Source of the DNA: Methylophagaceae bacterium
GTDB taxonomy: Bacteria > Pseudomonadota > Gammaproteobacteria > Nitrosococcales > Methylophagaceae
Direction of reading: 5' to 3'
NCBI GenBank assembly: GCA_041600795.1
Contig: JBFIJJ010000001.1
Coordinates: forward strand, 1 to 36,597
DNA: 36,597 nucleotides
A program made the position numbers and the translations under genes. Below, one piece after another: positions 21,912-29,019 of this stretch. How positions within the stretch are numbered: position 1 is the stretch's first letter; each line of letters starts with the position of its first letter. The notes below the pieces were generated by a model. The model did no database searches. It saw nothing but the letters and a program-made list of their open reading frames with translations, and was not told the origin of the DNA.

Positions 21912-22259
21912 TTATTTTTTGTTAGCACCACATTTTGCTTCGCCACATTTACCTTCTTTCATTTTTTCAGCTTTTTCTTTCATTTCTTCACCGCATTTAG
22001 CTTCCTGGGCTTTTTTCATTTCTTCACCACATTTAGCTTCCTGAGCTTTTTTCATTTCTTCACCACATTTAGCTTCGTGTTCAGCTTTTTTATTTGCGCC
22101 ACAGTTGCCTTCAGCAAGTTGCATATAACCACTTGATAATTCATTTGATGTGAATGGATTTGCATCAGCACTTGCAGTCATTGGTGATAATGCAAGACCA
22201 GCTGTTAATGCTACACTTGCAGCTAATGCGATTGTTGTTTTGTTTGTAGAAATAGACAT
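21912..22259 (-). CDS. Secreted Cys/Met/Lys/Glu-rich tandem-repeat peptide, an HvfA/BufA2-like (6-Cys) putative RiPP metallophore precursor or redox-sink peptide
   Basis: 115-aa ORF with SD AAGGAA. The Sec signal has an AXA site (MTASA/DA). The mature approximately 84 aa contain 6 Cys, every one in an (N/K)-C-G-(E/A) context: EGNCGA, EAKCGE x3, EGKCGE, EAKCGA. It also has 5 Met and no hydrophobic core. Confidence 0.8.
   Translation of the reverse strand: MSISTNKTTIALAASVALTAGLALSPMTASADANPFTSNELSSGYMQLAEGNCGANKKAEHEAKCGEEMKKAQEAKCGEEMKKAQEAKCGEEMKEKAEKMKEGKCGEAKCGANKK
21981..22076. repeat. 36-bp tandem repeat, 2 full copies plus a 24-bp partial copy, encoding the EAKCGEEMKKAQ module
   Basis: Copy 1 is 21981-22016, copy 2 is 22017-22052 and copy 3 is 22053-22076. 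Copies 1 and 2 differ at 2 positions, both synonymous (TGC/TGT Cys, GCC/GCT Ala). Confidence 0.9.
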
Positions 22260-22299
22260 AATATTTTCCTTTAAGTTTAAGTTAGTATAAAAAACAACC

Positions 22300-22313
22300 G
22301 GTCAAACCTGACC
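22300..22313. promoter_or_regulatory. Palindrome GGTCA-N4-TGACC in the divergent sigma/peptide intergenic region (candidate operator)
   Basis: The perfect 5+5 inverted repeat GGTCAAACCTGACC is read directly from the sequence. It overlaps a weak sigma70-like -35 (TTGGTC/TTGACC) on the minus strand. Confidence 0.3.
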
Positions 22314-22327
22314 AAGCTTGCTAACAT

Positions 22328-22353
22328 AGACGCTCTTGATTTCGGATTGTTAC
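22328..22353 (-). promoter_or_regulatory. Candidate ECF-type promoter (GTAAC-N16-CGTCT) directed at the peptide-doxX-msrPQ operon
   Basis: The minus strand reads TGTAAC-AATCCGAAATCAAGAG-CGTCTA, which matches the generic ECF pattern AAC-N16/17-CGT. The implied TSS gives a leader of about 60 nt before the peptide ATG at 22259. This is motif-level evidence only. Confidence 0.3.
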
Positions 22354-22360
22354 AAACGCA

Positions 22361-22978
22361 ATGAATTTTTTTTCTAAATTAAAAAAAAATGATGAATCAC
22401 AACTGATAAAACAGCTTATCGCAGGTGATGAACGCGCGTTTCAACAGGTCGTATCAGAGCACCACAATACGATGTTATCAGTAGCTCGCGCTATTGTTGG
22501 TGACGCTTTTGCTGACGAAGTTGTACAAGATGCATGGATTTCAGCCATTAAAGCCTTACCCCAATTTGAAGGTCGTTCCAGCCTTAAAACATGGTTATTA
22601 CACATTGTATCTAATGGGGCTAAAACGCGAGTTCGCCGAGAAAACCGTATGTCATCGCTAGATGAACATTGGGAATCGGAACCCGCCGACAAATTTGATC
22701 ACACCGGTCATCGCTATGACGATGTTTTACCTTGGGAACAAGCAACGCCCGAGGAAATATTAGCCAATGAGCAGCTACAAACAATTATTGAACAAACTTA
22801 CCAAGAATTGCCCGCGTTACAACGGGCTGCCTTAACTATGTATGATATGGAAGGGATCGAAATGAACGAGATTTGTAACATTCTCTCGATCTCTTCGTCT
22901 AATGTGCGAGTCCTTTTACATAGAGCCCGAACAACGTTGCACCATAAAATTGAACAATATCAACAGAGTGAAAAATAA
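22361..22978 (+). CDS. ECF (group 4) RNA polymerase sigma factor
   Basis: 205-aa ORF with sigma70 region 2 (AGDERAFQQVV...VVQDAWISAIKALPQFEGRSSLKTWLLHIVSN) and region 4 (LPALQRAALTMYDMEGIEMNEICNILSISSSNVRVLLHRAR). Confidence 0.9.
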   Translation: MNFFSKLKKNDESQLIKQLIAGDERAFQQVVSEHHNTMLSVARAIVGDAFADEVVQDAWISAIKALPQFEGRSSLKTWLLHIVSNGAKTRVRRENRMSSLDEHWESEPADKFDHTGHRYDDVLPWEQATPEEILANEQLQTIIEQTYQELPALQRAALTMYDMEGIEMNEICNILSISSSNVRVLLHRARTTLHHKIEQYQQSEK

Positions 22979-23226
22979 TGTACCAATGTAAAGACATTGC
23001 CGATGAAGTAAACAACTATATTGATGGCGATTTAGCCCTCGGTAAACGCATCGGGCTATTTTTTCATCTGTTGATTTGCAGTTGCTGCCGGAATTATTTG
23101 CAACAAATTCGCTCTACGATATCTATCGTTACCGTTGCTCGTCCAAAAGAACAAGACGGCACTGACATAGATTCATTAGCTAAACGTTTACATAGTCTAT
23201 GCCATGAAGAGCATGACCATCATTAG
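22978..23226 (+). CDS. Zinc-finger (ZAS, zf-HC2) anti-sigma factor, short soluble form with a His-rich tail
   Basis: 82-aa ORF whose start overlaps the sigma stop (TAATG). It has an HxxxCxxC motif (H30-LLI-C34-SC-C37) plus Cys4. No TM segment is present. The C-terminus is LCHEEHDHH. Confidence 0.7.
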   Translation: MYQCKDIADEVNNYIDGDLALGKRIGLFFHLLICSCCRNYLQQIRSTISIVTVARPKEQDGTDIDSLAKRLHSLCHEEHDHH

Positions 23227-23468
23227 ATTTGATATTTATCTTTCCATTCTTGATATGGCATGCCGTAGATAATTTCACGCGCTTGCTCATAATTTAGATC
23301 CAAGCCTTTTTGCTCAGCTTCAGCTAAATACCACTTTGCGAGGCAATTACGGCAAAAGCCTGCTAAATCCATCAGATCTATATTTTGAACATCTGTACGC
23401 TCAGCTAGATGTGCTAGTAAACGACGAAATGCCGCCGCTTCAAGTTCAAGTTGTGTTTGTTTATCCAT
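23223..23468 (-). CDS. DUF1244-family small protein
   Basis: 81-aa ORF. The sequence (AAAFRRLLAHL...GFCRNCLAKWY...GMPYQEWK) matches my memory of the conserved DUF1244 family. It starts 12 nt after the ABC ATPase stop. Confidence 0.6.
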   Translation of the reverse strand: MDKQTQLELEAAAFRRLLAHLAERTDVQNIDLMDLAGFCRNCLAKWYLAEAEQKGLDLNYEQAREIIYGMPYQEWKDKYQI

Positions 23469-23480
23469 TTTAAATCCTAA

Positions 23481-25478
23481 TTAATCTTCATATAAAAAAC
23501 AGCGAACCTCATGTCTACCGTGTAATGTAGTTGTCGCTGGATAACTTTCCAAGCATTTAGCCATTACCTTCGGGCAACGCTGATGAAAATGACAGCCTTG
23601 TGGTGGATTGGCCGGCGATGGTAACTCGCCTTCTAATCGAATATATTCTTTATTGTTAGCGCTATCAATGTCCGGCACTGCAGCTAATAATGCTTGGGTG
23701 TAAGGGTGTTTTGGTGATTTCAGAACCTGTAGTCGATCGCCTTGTTCAACAATTCGTCCGAGATACATCACTGCAACTCGATGAGCCAAATAATCAACTA
23801 CGGCTATATTATGCGTAATAAACAAAAATGATAGCCCAAACTCATGTTGGATTTCACGTAATAAATTCAGAATCTGAGCTTGTACCGACACATCTAAAGC
23901 ACTGGTTGGCTCATCACAGATAATGATTTCAGGATCGGTTGCTAAGGCCCTTGCAATACATAAACGTTGGCGTTGGCCACCCGAAAATTCATGCGGATAA
24001 CGATGTTTAATTTCAGAGCGTAATCCCACACGTTCAAGCAATTGTTCAACTCGTTTCTCACGGAGATTAGGATCTTTTATGTCCATTCCTTCTTCAATAA
24101 TCTGACTAACTGTCATACGAGGATTCATCGAAGAATACGGATCTTGAAATATTACTTGTAACGAACTTCGATGTGCCTTTAATTGGCGCTGTGTTAACTC
24201 TGTTAAACGATTACCTTGAAAATCAACGACACCTGAAGTTACTGGTACTAATTGTAATATGCCCTTGCCAACGGTAGTTTTACCACAACCTGATTCACCC
24301 ACTAATGCGAGCGTTTCTGATTGCTTTAAAGTCAGGTTTACCCCATCAACTGCTTTGACCTGCCCGACTTCACGCTGAAATAAGCCTTTACGAATCGGAA
24401 AATGCACACACAAATCAGTTACATCAAGGATATGTTTATCTGCTGGCAACACATCTGATAACGGTGATGAATGTTTAACTTGATCCAAAAGATTACTGTT
24501 TAATGACTCAGGAGATTCATATAAATGACAACGTACACCATGACTTTGATGTTCAAGCCACAGCGGAATCTCCTGATGACAGCGTTCAAATGCATGTTCA
24601 CATCGTTCAACAAAACGACAACCACTAAATTGCTGGGTTAATACTGGTACCGTACCTTTAATAACCGTTAAACGTTGATCGCGTTTCTGTTCTGACGGCA
24701 AAGCCTCGAACAACTTATCGGTGTAAGGGTGTTGATGATGTTTGAATAGCTGCTCGCGACTTGCTGATTCAACAATTTGTCCCGCATACATAATGGCCAC
24801 ATGATCCGCCATTTGGGCGACGACACCGAGATCATGGCTGATCAATAAAATTGCCATGCCTGTATCGCGTTGGATTTGTTTTAATAAATCCAAAATCTGA
24901 GCTTGAATGGTAACATCAAGCGCCGTAGTCGGCTCATCAGCAATCAGTAATTCAGGTTCCCCCGCTAATGCCATTGCAATCATCACACGTTGTTTCATTC
25001 CGCCAGATAATTGATGTGGAAATTCTTTAGAGCGTTGTAGCGGATCAGGAATACCGACAGAATGTAATAGTTCAATTATACGAGTCTGACACTGCTGCTC
25101 ATTCAGTTGAAAATGCCATTTTAAACACTCTGCTATTTGTTGACCGACGGTCATAACCGGATTCAACGAACTTTGTGGTTCTTGAAAGATCATCGCGATC
25201 CTTCGGCCACGAATGTGCTGCATTTCAATTTCAGATAGGGCTAATAAATCTTCGCCAGCGAGTGAAATATCACCTGATACAATACGGCTCACCATTGGCG
25301 GATTAAGTCGCATTAATGACAATGCTGTCATTGACTTTCCACAGCCGGATTCACCTAACAAAGCAAACGTTTGACCACGCGCAATCTCAAAATCAACACC
25401 ATCAACAGCACGCAGCGGTTGTTTATCTGAACCAAACCACGTTTTTAAACCGCGTACTGATAATAATGCAGAGCTCAT
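23481..25478 (-). CDS. ABC transporter ATP-binding protein with two fused NBDs of the DppD/DppF (YejF/GsiA-like) type
   Basis: 665-aa ORF with two Walker A sites ([16 protein letters not shown]) and two signature motifs ([16 protein letters not shown]). Each NBD is followed by an oligopeptide-type C-terminal Cys/His segment. The start overlaps the permease stop (ATGA). Confidence 0.9.
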   Translation of the reverse strand: MSSALLSVRGLKTWFGSDKQPLRAVDGVDFEIARGQTFALLGESGCGKSMTALSLMRLNPPMVSRIVSGDISLAGEDLLALSEIEMQHIRGRRIAMIFQEPQSSLNPVMTVGQQIAECLKWHFQLNEQQCQTRIIELLHSVGIPDPLQRSKEFPHQLSGGMKQRVMIAMALAGEPELLIADEPTTALDVTIQAQILDLLKQIQRDTGMAILLISHDLGVVAQMADHVAIMYAGQIVESASREQLFKHHQHPYTDKLFEALPSEQKRDQRLTVIKGTVPVLTQQFSGCRFVERCEHAFERCHQEIPLWLEHQSHGVRCHLYESPESLNSNLLDQVKHSSPLSDVLPADKHILDVTDLCVHFPIRKGLFQREVGQVKAVDGVNLTLKQSETLALVGESGCGKTTVGKGILQLVPVTSGVVDFQGNRLTELTQRQLKAHRSSLQVIFQDPYSSMNPRMTVSQIIEEGMDIKDPNLREKRVEQLLERVGLRSEIKHRYPHEFSGGQRQRLCIARALATDPEIIICDEPTSALDVSVQAQILNLLREIQHEFGLSFLFITHNIAVVDYLAHRVAVMYLGRIVEQGDRLQVLKSPKHPYTQALLAAVPDIDSANNKEYIRLEGELPSPANPPQGCHFHQRCPKVMAKCLESYPATTTLHGRHEVRCFLYED

Positions 25479-26884
25479 TTTGAACTCTGCATTCTTGGGT
25501 CAAAGGCATCACGTACCACATCAGCAAATAAATTTGCAGCCAAGACTAATATAAACATAGAGAAAAATGCTGCGGTCAAAGACCACCACACGATGGGTTC
25601 ACGAGCCATCTCTAACCGTGCGCTATTGATCATATTGCCCCAGCTAATCATCGATGGATCAACGCCAACACCAACATAAGATAAAACGGCCTCAGCTAAT
25701 ACTAATCCACTGAAATCTAAAACGATTGCTATCATGACTATGTGCATTAAATTCGGCAAGATATGTCGATGAAGTATTGTAAAACTTCCTGCGCCCAGTG
25801 CTCTAGCAGCTAAGACATAATCAGCCTCTCGCAATTTTAGAGTTTCACCACGCAAGATACGACATAACCCTGTCCAACTGGTCATTCCCAAAATAATACA
25901 TAAGAATAATAAACGCATATCAGCGCGTTCAGCCACGGTAATAAAATTTTCGGGATGATTGTTCATATACACTTGAAGCATCAACACAGCAGCAGCTATC
26001 AATAACACACCAGGAATTGAGTTAAGGGTGGTATAAATATATTGAATAAGATCATCAATCCAACCTTTGAAATAACCAGCAGAAATCCCCATAAATAGGG
26101 CTAGCGGCAACATTACCAAGGTTGTGAGCGTGCCAATGACAAGTCCAGTACGCACACTTTTAAGTGTTTGATAAAGCACATCCTGCCCTACTTTATCGGT
26201 ACCAAAAACATGATAATCAAAACTTAAGGCCATTAGATTGCTCGCAAACAAGCCTATGATCAAAAACATTGCCAGAGCTGTTCTAAGTGGGTAGTCAGAT
26301 TTGCCATATAGAATATAGAGACCTGCCTCAGTAAAACTAATCTGCTTCCGCCGAGCAAAAATCAAGACCATTAACAGTAAAAACCCCAGCCAAATGATCA
26401 AGACTAACAGTGACGTATCAATTAACGTCGAACTGATATCAGTCCATTTGTCTGTTTCTGACGCTAAATGGGAACCGGCATAAGTCAGTTTGGGATAATC
26501 ATAATCAAGCTTGCCATTATCTGAGGCAATCATTTCGCGAACAAATAAACGTGTCGCTAAAGGTGAGGAATAGGTTTTTTCAATATGCTGGCGTAAAGGC
26601 AATAACGCCAAATCAAGTACCGTTAAGACTTCTGATGAATAATGTTGGCGATCATTATGTTCTTGTTCAAGTGCTGGTCTAAAATGTATCGAATCAAGCA
26701 AGCCGATAACAACATAACACAGCAATACCATGATAGACATCATGCCACGTTTGCGTTTTATAACAGTTAGCCAAGGGGTAATAAGATGTGGCCGCTGCCT
26801 GATATAAAAGACACTGGCTACAACAACAGCCAATAATAGGTAAATTAAGATATCAGTCCATAAAACTACGGGCAGAAAAGGCAT
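25475..26884 (-). CDS. ABC transporter permease, DppC/OppC-like core with a long N-terminal extension (extra TMs plus a periplasmic loop)
   Basis: 469-aa ORF. The C-terminal approximately 270 aa have the binding-protein-dependent permease fold, including an EAA-like loop (YVLAARALGAGSFTILHRHILPN). The N-terminal approximately 190 aa hold two or three TM segments flanking a hydrophilic segment of about 100 aa. Confidence 0.85.
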   Translation of the reverse strand: MPFLPVVLWTDILIYLLLAVVVASVFYIRQRPHLITPWLTVIKRKRGMMSIMVLLCYVVIGLLDSIHFRPALEQEHNDRQHYSSEVLTVLDLALLPLRQHIEKTYSSPLATRLFVREMIASDNGKLDYDYPKLTYAGSHLASETDKWTDISSTLIDTSLLVLIIWLGFLLLMVLIFARRKQISFTEAGLYILYGKSDYPLRTALAMFLIIGLFASNLMALSFDYHVFGTDKVGQDVLYQTLKSVRTGLVIGTLTTLVMLPLALFMGISAGYFKGWIDDLIQYIYTTLNSIPGVLLIAAAVLMLQVYMNNHPENFITVAERADMRLLFLCIILGMTSWTGLCRILRGETLKLREADYVLAARALGAGSFTILHRHILPNLMHIVMIAIVLDFSGLVLAEAVLSYVGVGVDPSMISWGNMINSARLEMAREPIVWWSLTAAFFSMFILVLAANLFADVVRDAFDPRMQSSK

Positions 26885-26893
26885 GGTTATTCA

Positions 26894-27847
26894 CTATTTG
26901 GCGAGTTGTGAAATATCAATTTTTAATTCCTTAGGCAAAGAAAATTCAACTGTTTCACGCAAACCTTGGTCTTCATCAGCCGCAGAGACACCAAGCTGCT
27001 TTAAACGTGACACCACATTCTGTACTAAAACTTCAGGTGCAGACGCGCCGGCAGTCAGGCCTATTGTTGTCTTGCCATTAAACCATTCCGGGTTGATATC
27101 TTTGTCAGTATCAATCAAATAAGCAGGTGTATCTAACTTGACTGAAAGTTCACGCAATCTATTAGAATTCGAGCTATTTTTTGATCCAACAACCAGCACA
27201 ACATCACATTGCTTTGCTAAATTTTTAACAGCATCTTGGCGATTTTGGGTGGCATAACAAATATCATCTTTTTTCGGTCCTTCAATTGAAGGGAAACGTG
27301 CTCGTAAAGCATCAATGACAATAGATGCATCATCAACGGATAATGTTGTTTGCGTTACAAACGCTAACTTATCAGGATTTTTAACCTGTAACGTTTCGAC
27401 ATCTTCAGGTGTTTCGACTAGATACATACCACCTTGTTCTGACGTATATTGGCCCATCGTACCTTCAACTTCAGGATGGCCCTGATGACCGATCAAAATG
27501 CATTCTTGACCTTGCTTTTGATATTTTGATACTTCCATATGCACTTTTGTAACTAAGGGACAGGTGGCATCAAATACTTTTAGACCGCGTTGTTTGCCTT
27601 CATGTCTCACTTTTTGAGAAACGCCATGCGCACTGAAAATCAAGGTACTGTTATCCGGTACTTCGGACACTTCTTCAATAAAGATCGCCCCTTTTTCTCT
27701 AAGGCCATCAACAACAAAACGATTGTGAACAACTTCATGTCGCACATAAATAGGAGCACCAAATAATTCGATTGCGCGCTCGACAATTTCTATGGCGCGA
27801 TCTACACCCGCACAAAATCCACGCGGATTGGCTAAAATTAATTTCAT
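26894..27847 (-). CDS. ispH: 4-hydroxy-3-methylbut-2-enyl diphosphate reductase
   Basis: 317-aa ORF, near-collinear with E. coli IspH ([63 protein letters not shown]). Confidence 0.95.
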   Translation of the reverse strand: MKLILANPRGFCAGVDRAIEIVERAIELFGAPIYVRHEVVHNRFVVDGLREKGAIFIEEVSEVPDNSTLIFSAHGVSQKVRHEGKQRGLKVFDATCPLVTKVHMEVSKYQKQGQECILIGHQGHPEVEGTMGQYTSEQGGMYLVETPEDVETLQVKNPDKLAFVTQTTLSVDDASIVIDALRARFPSIEGPKKDDICYATQNRQDAVKNLAKQCDVVLVVGSKNSSNSNRLRELSVKLDTPAYLIDTDKDINPEWFNGKTTIGLTAGASAPEVLVQNVVSRLKQLGVSAADEDQGLRETVEFSLPKELKIDISQLAK

Positions 27848-27851
27848 CAGG

Positions 27852-28937
27852 TTATATCACCGCTTTCGGATAAGAGCCTAAAACACGACACATAGACGAT
27901 TCTTGTTCTAATTGTTGCAATGCTTTTGATAATGAAGGGTCTTCACAATGGCCTTCAACGTCAATAAAGAACACGTATTCCCATATTCCTGTCCGAGCTG
28001 GTCGTGATTCGATCCGCGTCATACTGATACCGCTATCTGCTAAGGGTTTGAGTAATATTTGCAAAGCACCCGGTTTATTCTTAGTTGACACTAATAAGGC
28101 CGTTTTATCTGAGCCAGATGGCCCTACATCTTGAGTTCCTATCACCAAAAATCGCGTGGTATTATCAATTTCGTCTTCAATATTACTGGCTAATACCGAT
28201 AAATCATAAATATCAGCGGCTTGATTGGCGGCAATAGCGGCAGCACTGGTATCACTCATTACGTTTTTAGCTGCTTCCGAGTTACTATTCATTGGCACCA
28301 ATTCACACGTTGGAAGATGTTGTGCCAGCCATTTACGACATTGCCCCAATGCCTGTGGATGAGCATAAACTGTTTTTAACTGACTTAAATCTGATGCTTT
28401 ACTCAGCAAATAATGATGAATACGTAAGGTTACTTCCCCATTAATTTTTAGTGGCGATGTAATAAACCGATCTAAGGTGTGTGACACCATACCTTCGGTA
28501 GAGTTCTCAACAGGTACTAAACCATAATTGGCATTACCTGTTTCAACTGCATGAAATACATCAGCAATTGTTGTCATCGGTTGCATTAAAACCGACCCAC
28601 CAAATTGCTTTAATGCCGCAGCTTGAGTGAAAGAACCTTCTGGTCCAAGATAAGCAACTTCCAAGGGTTTTTCTGTTGCCAAACATGCTGACATGATTTC
28701 TCGAAATAAACGGGCCATTTCCTTATCAGGAAGTGGCCCTTCATTACGTTCAATCACTTGACGTAATACCATCGCCTCACGGTCAGGACGATAGAAATCA
28801 GCATCAGCACCTTGCTCAATTTTAATGCGTGCCACTTCTTGAGCCATGGCAGTTCGTTTGTTAAGCAAATCTTGTAATTGCTGGTCAATACTATCAATTT
28901 GTTGTCGAATTACCTGTAAGGCGTCGTATTCACTCAT
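27852..28937 (-). CDS. pheA: Bifunctional chorismate mutase / prephenate dehydratase (P-protein)
   Basis: 361-aa ORF with an N-terminal chorismate mutase helix ([26 protein letters not shown]), a PDT domain ([16 protein letters not shown]) and an ACT domain ([26 protein letters not shown]). Confidence 0.92.
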   Translation of the reverse strand: MSEYDALQVIRQQIDSIDQQLQDLLNKRTAMAQEVARIKIEQGADADFYRPDREAMVLRQVIERNEGPLPDKEMARLFREIMSACLATEKPLEVAYLGPEGSFTQAAALKQFGGSVLMQPMTTIADVFHAVETGNANYGLVPVENSTEGMVSHTLDRFITSPLKINGEVTLRIHHYLLSKASDLSQLKTVYAHPQALGQCRKWLAQHLPTCELVPMNSNSEAAKNVMSDTSAAAIAANQAADIYDLSVLASNIEDEIDNTTRFLVIGTQDVGPSGSDKTALLVSTKNKPGALQILLKPLADSGISMTRIESRPARTGIWEYVFFIDVEGHCEDPSLSKALQQLEQESSMCRVLGSYPKAVI

Positions 28938-29019
28938 AGATATTTAACCATTTATTCCTAAATTTAAGGTGCTATCAAACCAAGCAATATGTATAGCAAA
29001 GTCTTTTTGCTTAGATTAT

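Noticed and set aside
28950-29019. AGCAAA-N5-TTTGCT hairpin after gyrA, and a GGCAA/TTGCC hairpin near 31651-31666.
   Set aside because: The stems are weak, AT-rich and only 5-6 bp, without proper U-tracts. I did not report them as terminators.
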